A stretch of DNA of 47,884 bases, taken from NCBI GenBank assembly GCA_900128395.1, contig LT649275.1, positions 1-47,884 on the forward strand, written 5' to 3'. Positions within the stretch are counted from its first letter, which is position 1; each line of letters begins with the position of its first letter. The notes beneath the pieces are model-generated. The model saw nothing but the letters and a program-made list of their open reading frames with translations, did no database searches and was not told the origin of the DNA. The translations under genes were made by a program, and so were the position numbers. This DNA is from Stramenopiles sp. TOSAG23-2. Its lineage: Eukaryota. Shown here in pieces: positions 21,513-31,658 of the stretch.

Positions 21513-22705
21513 GTTGTATTTGATAATGTTGGTGTATTATTATTTGCAGTTGCTGCTGCTGATGATGATGATGATACATCAATAGCAAGATTAATGGTTT
21601 CATCTACTTCATCATTAATTAAATCATCAAAAGTCATAGTATCATCCATTATTGTTACATTATTATTATAACGTTGCTGCTGATGGGTAGTATTTTCATC
21701 ATCATCATCTTCTTCCTCCTCCTCCTCCTCCTCCTGCACCTCTTGTTCAACGTTAACGTTTTTGTTGATATCATTTACTACTACTGAATTTTTGTTATCA
21801 TTATCATTTATATCATCATTTTCATTTTCTGGTAAAGAACGTGGGGATTGTATTTTAATAACATGTTTTTTAATTTGTTTTGGGCTGTTTGTTTTTTTCG
21901 TAGTAGTATTATTACTGGATGGTTTTATTCTCATCGTTTTGTTCAATGCCGTATTTATTTTTAAATTTTTACCATTATTAGTTTTACTATTTTTATTTTT
22001 ATTATTCATATCAGATGGTGACGGTTTGATATTCAATATAGTACGTTTTTGCCTTGAATCCATTATTCCAAGTAATGTATTTGCACTTTCATGGAAATGC
22101 TCATTGTAAGGCCAAAATGCTTCTCGAGCTTTTGCACGTGTTTTAGCAGATGCGTCTTCGTATCCTGAACGTAAAGCAGTGAAAATTTCTTCACCATCAC
22201 GTTCTGATAAAGTTTCCCAATTTTCAACTACAATACATATACCTTCCATGGCATTTTCACGTATTCTTGTATTTTTACTATGACATGCAGAATCAACTAA
22301 AGTATGAATGACTTGTTTTGATCCTTCTTCGCATAATTTCAACGTAGACCATAAACATTTCGATGCGTATGTTGCCATTACTTTATTCGCCCCTGCACTC
22401 ACTTCAATAATATTTGGTAAACAAAAATCAATAACTATACAACCATTTGAGTTACCATTAATAGCAATAGATGTAATAGCTTTACATGCTTCACGTACAA
22501 TTGATGAACGTAAATCTTGTAACTGCTTTTGCATTGGTATCCTTAATTGTCGGAAAAAATCTTTGGTCAATACTTTCATATCGTTTGAATTTTTTGTTAC
22601 GTATTTCTCTAAATCAACTAAACCTTTCATACGTGGTTGCCAATTTTCATCATTATCTGATAATACTTTAGTTATTTTATCCAAGTTAAATTTTCCTCTC
22701 GACAT
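20861..22705 (-). CDS. CLASP N-terminal (TOG-like) domain protein with a low-complexity linker and helical C-terminal module
   Basis: WQPRMKGL, LQDLRSSIVREAC, SKNTRIRE and DASAKTRAKAREAF match CLASP_N. Confidence 0.85.
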
Positions 22706-23659
22706 AATTATTATATAAATTATTGGTAATTATTGATGATGGTGAAAACGTAATTTTTTATTTTCTGTATATGTTTTTGTGTATATACAAATCTTGTAAC
22801 TATCGTGTATACGCAAAGAGAGAGAGAGAGAGAGAGAGAGAGTGAGTGGGTGAGTGAAAGTGACCTTTTTTACAACAAACGATAACTTGTTACTTTGTAC
22901 TGTTTTATCTATCTCATCAATCAATTGATATAAAAAAATATATTTATTTTTTTATGACGATTTTCCACTTAGAAATCAATAGTATTTGCATGCTAATCTA
23001 ATCAAATGCACCATAATACCGATTCTAATTCGATTCGATTATGTAGTTGATTTTTTTATAACGTCTCGTGGTCTTCAGAATCGCCAATTCCGGATATTTT
23101 ATCATAACCTTGAAATATCAATAATACAACGTAATATCACCTAAAACGACGTCTCAAATTGGGTATTTTAGTATTTTAATGGTAGCATTTTTTTCCTAGG
23201 AAACAATGACTGTTAATATATAAAATAGATACTTAGTATGGTTCCAATGGTGTACTTTTCTTTTTTTTAATTTTATCATTGGTAATAATTTACTTACAAT
23301 ACTAATTCACGTAGTTAAAACATGTAAATATATTTTTTCAACCATGAATTCCATTATTGAAATTATTTGCTATTCAAAAATAAACGCACCACTTATTATT
23401 CACCACACCGACGCGGTCGTTACTAAAAATAGAATTTACGTCGGTGACGTTTTGATGTGTGTGTCACTCTTGATATCAGTGTATGTAGCTATTACATTTC
23501 TACAAAGACAAATATATATATATATATATATTCACCGTTGCATCTCTCGTGAATTACAAAACAAAAAAATATATCATTGTTTGTTGTTGCTCTTGTTCAT
23601 TAAGTCGTGATAGTAGTAAGAATAATAATATTATTTAAGAACTGATTATTAATATTATT

Positions 23660-26600
23660 ATGGCGGAAGATAATCCAGAATTAGAAGGAAAAGCTATTGA
23701 TGTGACTATTACATCGTCAACCTTTGCAAAAGTAGCAAATTATTTCGTTGCGGTACAAATTGATAAAGGTGCAAAGTTACGTACAGAAGTTAGTGCTGGG
23801 ACGGAAAAACCGAAATTTAAAAAAAGCAAGCATCGGTTGGAATTAGGTACTAGTTTGGATGTCGATACACAATCCGTGCTTACGTTAGGTGCATTTGTTG
23901 TGTTGCCATCGAAAACTGGTGGAAAAGGGGCGGCACGATTACTTGGTTCAGTACAATATAAATTATCTGAAGCATGCGTTAGGTTAGTTAGAGGAGAAAC
24001 GGTACCGGAAGATTTAACATTTGTTCGTAATGCTGGGCCTGATCGAAAAATACCAGTAGGTAAAATTAGTATATCACTCAGTTTATATGGTGTAGGCGAT
24101 GATTTGGTCGCGGGTGCCAGTGGTAAATATGCACGTTTGATAAATGTTATTGTACATAGTGCTCGAAACGTTTCCAATCAATTTGCTCGGGATAAGCAAA
24201 ACGGGGAACAAGCTAGTACGATGATGGAAGCGCGTATTATTACGAAAGAGCATGAATCATTAATACAAAAATTAAATGTATCAACGGTGACTGGATTGGA
24301 TGGCGATGATGTTGAATTAAGGCAAGCTTTATCCAAGGAAATGCCCGAGCGTTTAGCAGAAACGAGGGTGAAAAGAAATGATCCAAATCCAAAATTTGAT
24401 GAAATTATGACCGTTTCTTGTTTAGATAAAGATTCACAAGATGGTGTTTTATTACGGCTTGATCTTGTACAAGATGGGGTAGATACTCCATGGCCATCAA
24501 CGGGTGGAATTTCTATTCCTGTAGATGATATCATGGCTGGGCATCAATACGATTTAAGAGTTGATTGTGGCACTTTTAAATTAGATGGTAAGAAAATTAC
24601 GCAATCATTATTTGTTAGCATATGGGCACGGGATAGTCCAAATGTGGAACAACAAGCTTTAAAATTTGCACCTCAATCATCACGTTTAGAAGTGATGGTG
24701 AAAGGATTTGATGATACATGGCCGTTTCAAGTGGAAAGATTACTGGCATGTGCAAATGTATACACGGAAGAAGCATATGCAAAGATTAAGATGGACTTGT
24801 CGAAGATATCAAATGGTGATTTAGATACGGAAATACCAATACCATCATTTGGTTTATTGCCATTGAATGATGTTGGTTCCGGTCCATCTTTGCAGCCAGT
24901 GAAAGAAAATAATACACGTGATAACAATTTATTGAATACCTTGTCAAAATGTACACCGGTCATCTCGCCATTAAAAGGAGCTCCGCGATTTGATCATCGT
25001 TTCCTATTTAATATTGGGTTGCGGGGCACACCTGGTGTCAATCATTATCCGGACAAAGGTTTGCCAGCTGCCGTTGTTTTTTATTACTTTCGTCAAAATA
25101 CGATTGAACCATTTGGTGGTGCTAGAGCTGAGTTTTTGGGTAATGACGTCCCATGCAAATTTTGTGGATTTAGTGTGTTAGAGCTTCCGAAGGACCATCC
25201 AGAGGATGGTACACCACAGCCATTTCTAAAAAAACATATTACATTGTTGCCCCCAGGTGGTGCAACGACTGGGCAACATCGTGATGGTCCTGGAATGAGA
25301 GTGGTGACGCGTTATTGGAGTGGGGAAACATTTTTACGGCATATGAAAGAAGGTGATCCGTTAAAAGATAGTAAAGCAAGTGGTGGTGCGGTGAATTGGA
25401 CCGTTGTAAGTGCAGATGTGCACCACTATGAAACATTAAAAAATATATCAAAAACTAAAAATTTAAGTGGCATGGCAAAAGCTGTTGCCGACGAAGCTCT
25501 TCTCGAAGCAAAAGAATCGGGAAATAAACGAGATGATGACGACGATCCATTTGGATTGCTAGGAGGTGGAGGTGGCTCAAACCAATCTAACCCATCTACT
25601 ATCTCCCAAAAGAAAAATACACCATCACCTCCTAATTACCCACCAACCAATGATAGAAATGTGTCAAATGAAGAAGCGGAATTAGCAAGACTTGAGCAGA
25701 GCTTAAGCTCGCAGTCGAAAATGATACCTGCAAATAGTGGCATGACAAATGATCAAATACAGGCACAACAAAAAGCGATACAGCAAACATTAGCATCAAA
25801 TACAGCAACGGAAAGAGAAGTTGCGCAACTACATAAACGTTTAGCAGTTATAACTGAAGATATTACACATAAACAAAATTTAATCGATCGTCTATTAAAA
25901 GAAGTAGATAAAAGATCAGAGGCAATTCGAACCTGTGGTGTTGAAATTGTACAGTTACGCAGGCAAAATAAACAGTTAGAAGGTGAGCGGAATGATGCAC
26001 AACGTGCGTTGAAGGAAATGCAAGCGCAAGAGAGTCGCGAAGTAGAGGAATTAGCAAAAAATGTAGATACAATACAAAGTGCAACGCCGCAAGAATTAGC
26101 AAGACAATTAGTGTCATTGAGTGCAAAATACAAAGCGGAGAGGGAAAGAAATAATCAAATGCTTTTAAAGTTGAAAAAATTGTATCAACAAGCATCGGAA
26201 GTAAGACATTCTAAAGCACATTATGAAAAATTAGAAAAAGCGCATCAAGCGCAAGCACAATATATACAAAAATTACAGCAAGAAAATCAGAAAATTGAAG
26301 TATATAAAGCAACGATCCGAACGCAAGAAAAGGTTGTGGCAAAGTTGGAAGAATTAATTGAATCGAAATTACGTGGTAGAAAAGGCGATGCTAATAGTAC
26401 GACATTCCGTTTAAAGCAAGAAGTTGCACGCTTAACAGAACGCAACAATGAATTAGAAAAAAAATTATTTGCAGGTGGTGCTGATGGTACCATAGCAGTT
26501 GAACGTGTACAGGAATTGGAGGAACAGTTGAGGCAGCTACGAGCTCGTGGTGGTATGCGTGCAGCACTTAATCATGAAGGTTCAGCAGAAACTCATATGC

Positions 26601-26770
26601 AGAAAGATAGTGCTATATCAGCATTGGAGGCTCAATTGGTTGAAAATGCAAAAGGTTTTGCAAAGCAAATATCGGACTTAAAGATTCAAGTCATGGAAGC
26701 TGCAAATGGTGGTGATAGTGAAAATATCGGACTTAAAGATTCAAGTCATGGAAGCTGCAAATGGTGGTGA
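23660..26770 (+). CDS. Multi-C2-domain coiled-coil protein, CCDC33-like; 3' end disturbed
   Basis: C2-like segments (RTEVS...P.F; VIVHSARN...NPKFDE). Long coiled coil with LEKAHQAQ...KATIRTQEKVVAKLE resembling CCDC33. Confidence 0.75.
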   Translation: MAEDNPELEGKAIDVTITSSTFAKVANYFVAVQIDKGAKLRTEVSAGTEKPKFKKSKHRLELGTSLDVDTQSVLTLGAFVVLPSKTGGKGAARLLGSVQYKLSEACVRLVRGETVPEDLTFVRNAGPDRKIPVGKISISLSLYGVGDDLVAGASGKYARLINVIVHSARNVSNQFARDKQNGEQASTMMEARIITKEHESLIQKLNVSTVTGLDGDDVELRQALSKEMPERLAETRVKRNDPNPKFDEIMTVSCLDKDSQDGVLLRLDLVQDGVDTPWPSTGGISIPVDDIMAGHQYDLRVDCGTFKLDGKKITQSLFVSIWARDSPNVEQQALKFAPQSSRLEVMVKGFDDTWPFQVERLLACANVYTEEAYAKIKMDLSKISNGDLDTEIPIPSFGLLPLNDVGSGPSLQPVKENNTRDNNLLNTLSKCTPVISPLKGAPRFDHRFLFNIGLRGTPGVNHYPDKGLPAAVVFYYFRQNTIEPFGGARAEFLGNDVPCKFCGFSVLELPKDHPEDGTPQPFLKKHITLLPPGGATTGQHRDGPGMRVVTRYWSGETFLRHMKEGDPLKDSKASGGAVNWTVVSADVHHYETLKNISKTKNLSGMAKAVADEALLEAKESGNKRDDDDDPFGLLGGGGGSNQSNPSTISQKKNTPSPPNYPPTNDRNVSNEEAELARLEQSLSSQSKMIPANSGMTNDQIQAQQKAIQQTLASNTATEREVAQLHKRLAVITEDITHKQNLIDRLLKEVDKRSEAIRTCGVEIVQLRRQNKQLEGERNDAQRALKEMQAQESREVEELAKNVDTIQSATPQELARQLVSLSAKYKAERERNNQMLLKLKKLYQQASEVRHSKAHYEKLEKAHQAQAQYIQKLQQENQKIEVYKATIRTQEKVVAKLEELIESKLRGRKGDANSTTFRLKQEVARLTERNNELEKKLFAGGADGTIAVERVQELEEQLRQLRARGGMRAALNHEGSAETHMQKDSAISALEAQLVENAKGFAKQISDLKIQVMEAANGGDSENIGLKDSSHGSCKWW

Positions 26771-26776
26771 TAGTGA
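26667..26776. repeat. Exact 55-bp tandem duplication that frameshifts the CCDC33-like C-terminus
   Basis: 26667-26721 = 26722-26776. Confidence 0.95.
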
Positions 26777-28217
26777 CGAGTGCATATTTACCTCTACCAA
26801 ATTTATGGCAGACTAAATTTACATTGTATGGTCCTAACTCAACTAAATTGTCGCCATCTTCGCCACAGAAATAAACTAAAGTATATATTCCTAGTTCAAA
26901 TTCTGGTGTAGTCCCAATAAATGAAGTTGATACAGGTTTCAATGCACCATCCCATTCAAATTGAATTGTAACGAGGCGGGAGTCATTGTGTGACAATGGA
27001 GAATCATATCCACGTGGCCTTCCCTTCGGTCTGATGAAACCTAAATAATCAAAATTATTTTTTTGTTCCTCTGAATATAACTGAATCCAATTATGCATTC
27101 CAATTGTACTTCCATCCCTAATTTCTCCAACAAAGACATGTTCAAATGCTGATGAATCAGCACGTGTTTCACGTTTATAAAGACCAAACCATAAATCATG
27201 GACATATTGTTGAAATTTAACAATACTGCCTTTATATTTGTTTTTTTTCACAACATATCGATATACGTATTGAAAAATTGGAGTTTCAAAACATGCATCC
27301 ATGAACCTTTTCTCTTCTGAGACTTCTTGTGATGTTACTTGCTCTCTTACACCAGTTTGATTAGAGTAATTGTCAAGCAAAGCATAGAAAGATTTAAAAG
27401 TTTTTCGTTTTAACACTTCATCTTGTACATATGTAAATAATTTATCAGGAGCCCTGTCCCCAACTTGATATGGTTTTTTTCCAGATTGTAAATCAATAGC
27501 ATAATCTTGGCCTGGTTTTAAACGATTCTTCTCATCGAACAACCACAACCTAGAACATGCCTGGTCCAACGAAGTTAATTCAGCTTGCGTAGGATTAAAG
27601 TTAGTGCTTTTTGATAAACTTGTTCGAACCATTTGATGTTGTGTCGAACTAACCTTTACTAATTTACTTAGAAAAGATTCTACAAATTGTGGAGTAGGCG
27701 GTGATGAATTTGGTACAGGTTTGTTTCGTACCCAATCCCAATGCACCATTACGTTGAACTCATTTTGTAAAACTTCTTTAACAGATTTATCTACATTATC
27801 ATGCAATGCATGTTTAATTTGATTTTCTAAATTTCTTAAAAAAGTAACTAGTTGAGCTACAGTTGGTACTTTTTTTTGACGCTTCATGGTACGGATAAAT
27901 GAAAGTCGTTCAACAAATATCCTATTTAATACCGGCCATGCCTTTGCACCTGAGGCGATATTATGATTTGCCCATTTTGACGTTACTTTTTTGGGAAAAT
28001 TTTTACGAGTATTGTTATTATTTCTCGGTTTGTACGGCCTACCACGAGATTCTTTTTTTTGTAGTGTCGCCATTTCAAAATCTTCTTCTTCTTCTTCTAA
28101 TGCAACATCTTCAGTCTTCACATTATTACCTGTATTGGACGTCTTCAAATCAGTGGTAGATGTATTTGCGTTCTTTTGCACTGGCTCTTGCGCTTCGCTA
28201 CTTTGTAAACAACCCAT
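26733..28217 (-). CDS. ENDOU: EndoU/XendoU endoribonuclease with an N-terminal acylation motif
   Basis: SSAFEHVFVGE, GMHNWIQLY and LKPVST (His-His-Lys). Likely start MGCLQS at 28217; the ORF upstream of it is microsatellite. Confidence 0.9.
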   Translation of the reverse strand: MGCLQSSEAQEPVQKNANTSTTDLKTSNTGNNVKTEDVALEEEEEDFEMATLQKKESRGRPYKPRNNNNTRKNFPKKVTSKWANHNIASGAKAWPVLNRIFVERLSFIRTMKRQKKVPTVAQLVTFLRNLENQIKHALHDNVDKSVKEVLQNEFNVMVHWDWVRNKPVPNSSPPTPQFVESFLSKLVKVSSTQHQMVRTSLSKSTNFNPTQAELTSLDQACSRLWLFDEKNRLKPGQDYAIDLQSGKKPYQVGDRAPDKLFTYVQDEVLKRKTFKSFYALLDNYSNQTGVREQVTSQEVSEEKRFMDACFETPIFQYVYRYVVKKNKYKGSIVKFQQYVHDLWFGLYKRETRADSSAFEHVFVGEIRDGSTIGMHNWIQLYSEEQKNNFDYLGFIRPKGRPRGYDSPLSHNDSRLVTIQFEWDGALKPVSTSFIGTTPEFELGIYTLVYFCGEDGDNLVELGPYNVNLVCHKFGRGKYALVTITTICSFHDLNL

Positions 28218-28259
28218 GCTTTTATCTTTGTGTGTGTGTGTGTGTGTATATATATATGT

Positions 28260-28298
<39 letters not shown>

Positions 28299-28783
28299 CT
28301 TTTGTGTGTATACGAGTTGAAATATATTTTTTCTTTTGTATTTATTTATATTTACTACGGACGTGCGGACGACATTATTCAATTTATATTAATAATAAAA
28401 ATTGGCCATTAGAGACAAGATGAAAGGTGTCGAGTTACACAGGAGAGAGAAAGGTTAAAAAAGGAAAACACAAAAGAAGTTTATTAGGAGTATACCAGAT
28501 ATTTATAAAAATGAAGATCTTGGATGTAAAAATGTTATCCATTCTAATAAAAAAACATATTACTTCGTACGCGCGTAATATTTTGTGTATGTGTTTTCCC
28601 TCTCCTCTAGCGCGAGATGATTCAAAAATACTTTTTTAAATTAACACCAAATGCATTCTACATCTAACTTTTTACATTATATAATCATTAATTTTAAAAT
28701 ATGATATATTTAATGTATTGATAACTTTGAATGAAGTGTAGATCTTCTATATCTCTCTATATCATATACATATATGTGTTGTC

Positions 28784-29425
28784 TTATTGAGCAAGGGAAA
28801 ATCCAGATGGTGCCATCATAATACCACCGACAGCATCTTCAATAACACCAGTTGTAAGTCCTTCAAAAGATTCGGCACGATCCAAAACATAAATTTCTTG
28901 TTGATTTCCAACTAATGTTTCAAAGTGGCCAACATTTTGACATTCCTCTCTGTCAGGGCCATCCTCTTCATCATTATATTCAAAATCCAACTTTTGCAAT
29001 AAATATTTTCCATTTTGTCCACTTTCAATGGTCTCAATATCAAGCCACCCTTCGGTCATGATTGAATGTTGACTAACAAGCCATGGTCGTATGGTTGTAA
29101 TATATTCCCCAAACCCTTTATCACTTGCTAATGCTGCTCTTACATCTGTACGGTGGTCAAAACTTTCATATTCCCAAAAGTGACAAACCGAATTTAATAC
29201 ATCTCCCATTTCCAATATAAAAAATCCATTGCATTTAGATGCATCAGTACGTGCTTTGAAGGCATCTGATCCAGTGAGTGCTAAATAATCCATCAAATGT
29301 TCAGGTTTTAATTGATATGTCCTGATTTCATATAATTTTCGTTCAATAATATCATCGGTACTAAATGATCTTATTGGAATATTTCGTAATTTATTTGCTG
29401 TTGATCTTGCAATTGCACTTAACAT
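28784..29425 (-). CDS. NIPSNAP family protein, likely mitochondrial
   Basis: LYEIRTYQLKP and HFWEYESFDHRTDVRAAL. Arg/Ser-rich presequence. Confidence 0.9.
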   Translation of the reverse strand: MLSAIARSTANKLRNIPIRSFSTDDIIERKLYEIRTYQLKPEHLMDYLALTGSDAFKARTDASKCNGFFILEMGDVLNSVCHFWEYESFDHRTDVRAALASDKGFGEYITTIRPWLVSQHSIMTEGWLDIETIESGQNGKYLLQKLDFEYNDEEDGPDREECQNVGHFETLVGNQQEIYVLDRAESFEGLTTGVIEDAVGGIMMAPSGFSLAQ

Positions 29426-29480
29426 GGTGGATATTGATTTGTAATATATGTATATATATATGTGTGTTTATAGGTATATG

Positions 29481-30544
29481 ATATATTTATAGATATGATA
29501 TGTATTATATGAAAATGATAATGAAAGTTGATGTTCTCTCTTTTTTTTTTTGTATCATATACTGAATATCTATATATATAATAACACATGTATAACATAT
29601 ATCTATCTATCTATATAAATCTATTTTATTATTATTCATATTCAAAAAGAGAATATATATGTTATAATGTTTTTATCATCCGGTCATCCGGATCGATATT
29701 TTTGTGGCCGTATTAAAAGATAACCCTAATTGAACTAATGAGAACATGAAAAATGGGAAACATTTTCAACATACTATCTTTATGCTGTACTTATGTGAAA
29801 GTTAATGCTTCACTCATTTTAAAGAAATAATCTTTCAACAAATGACTACATGTTTATTTGTGATGTTATAACGATACATCAAATCTAGCACAATTTGATT
29901 CTGCTACATGATGTATAAAGAACGCAGATCCGAGTCTGCACTGGATTGAAATAATACTAGACGAAAGTACACACAAATACAAGTAACATACATGTCTTTC
30001 ATGTGACATATGCTTTGTTTGTATAGATCGCATATCGTTTTAACAGTTGTTATTGTATGCTTTCTGTCTTGCAAGCCACATCAATTATTATATACTTCAA
30101 CCTCTTTTCCTTTTACGTGTACGTCCTGTTACATTGTGGGTGTTCCCACATGCTGCACACATAGCAGCCTCACAAGCTTGGCAATAATATAGATATGGTG
30201 CTATATTATTGCCAATATATCATATATAAAAGTTCCAGTATAAATCTCTTTTAGAAATGGGAAACGATGGTGTTATGCTTAATCAAGATTTCATAATATT
30301 GATGTCTAAATTGATAACACGAGACTGCAGGAAGTGCTCAAATAAAGTATTCGTGAGCAGAACTGCAACTGAGTACCTAGAAAGAACTCCAACAAACTTC
30401 ATATATATATATTTATAGTTATTGTATCTTGTATATGAAAATGACAATGAAAAAGTTGATGTTCTCCTTTGTTTTATTTATGGTTTAAATATCTGTATAT
30501 AATATACCATGTATCATATCATATCTATCTATAAATAAATCTAG
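29481..30544. repeat. Diverged ~140-bp direct repeat (29481-29623 and 30407-30544)
   Basis: Shared blocks ATATATTTATAG, TATGAAAATGAYAATG-AAAGTTGATGTTCTC and CATGTAT..ATATCTATCTAT..ATAAATCTA. Confidence 0.85.
30097..30402 (-). pseudogene. Interrupted reading frame ending in a Zn-finger-like CxxCx4CxxCx3H motif and a basic tail
   Basis: ATG at 30402, two internal TGA codons, then YYCQACEAAMCAACGNTHNVTGRTRKRKRG*. Confidence 0.45.
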
Positions 30545-30614
30545 ATCATTAAAAGAGGGAAAAAATTATATATACCAATGACATACCGGGAAGATAGGTA
30601 TAGGAAAAGGTTTT

Positions 30615-31082
30615 TTGACAAAGATATTAGATGCGCTGTATTTAGCAGCGATACTTACCATCACCGGGGAACCAATTATCACACTAGTATGCCATTGTGA
30701 AGATTGCAGGAAATTTACTGGGAGTATTAATATGGCAACTCTTTGGCCGGCAACATGCGTTAAAATTGAAGGCGAGACAAAGGTCCATGAACGAAAACAA
30801 GGGACCATAAGTCTTCGGACATTTTGCCCAAAATGTGGAGGCCCTGTTGTTAATGATCATTCACAGTCTCACCTTAAGGCATATGATTTTCCTGCTGGAG
30901 TATTGGATATAAAAGAGGATGATGGATCGCTTAAAACTAATTGGTTTAAACCAGCTATGCATGTTTATTACAAAGAATCTATTTGGAACATTAAGGATGG
31001 ATTACCAAAATTTCTGGGTTTACCACAGGCATTTTTGCCTGAAGGTCAAACGGAAGAGAAAGTGCCAGAAGATCAATGGTAG
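30615..31082 (+). pseudogene. 5'-truncated GFA/CENP-V family coding segment
   Basis: CHCEDCRK, RTFCPKCG and KPAMHVYY..S....DGLPKF are present. The first GxCxCG is missing, the track start is TTG, and no in-frame ATG precedes CHC. Confidence 0.75.
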
Positions 31083-31346
31083 GCTTGTAGTGCTGTACAA
31101 AATATATATCAATCCACCAACACCGACTGTTTAAAGGCTGGAAGCAGTAGAAGAGAAGCCTATCAAGCTGCGTTGGATCAGTGTGGCATGGATGACGAAG
31201 TATATTTTCTATGTATCATAGATAGAGAATATGCATCAATGTATTATGGAGAGCAACTTGCGAATGAAATACGTCAGCAAGAGATTGAGGAGTTTGCAAG
31301 AGACGAATGGTGTTGGAAGTACCGTAACTATGAATTATATGAATAA
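31083..31346 (+). other. 87-codon open frame directly after the GFA stop codon
   Basis: ACSAVQNIYQSTNTDCLKAGSSRREAYQAALDQCGMDDEVYFLCIIDREYASMYYGEQLANEIRQQEIEEFARDEWCWKYRNYELYE*. Coding-like composition. Confidence 0.6.
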
Positions 31347-31658
31347 TTATTAGAAGATCAGAGGAGTGAAAAATAAAATTATTATTAGACTAATGCTATT
31401 TGCATGTTATTTTTATATGGATTTGTAGGAAAAAAAGATTCAAAAAAAAATAAATTATTTCAAAAAAAGCAAAGAAGTGCAAAACAAAACAACATAAACT
31501 TTTTGTAAATAAATGTTAAAATCTATTTCATTAAGTGCAAAGCAAGAATGTCATACGTATAGACAATCAAAACATATTTCTCTCACATATTGTTTTTACA
31601 ACCTTATCGTTGGACATAACTACATTAATTATATTAATATATATATATATATTTAAAC

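Noticed and set aside
21168..22718. Long antisense ORFs over the CLASP gene (similar cases at 23740-26493, 41258-41930 and 42430-47307)
   Set aside because: Shadow frames of real genes with low-complexity codons.
28218..28423. 55-aa N-terminal extension of EndoU and overlapping plus-strand ORFs
   Set aside because: Translations of (TA)n/(TG)n microsatellites.
30097..30402. TGA recoding (Trp or Sec) in the interrupted frame
   Set aside because: Other genes here use TGA as a stop, and no SECIS or homology support is visible. Decay is the simpler explanation.
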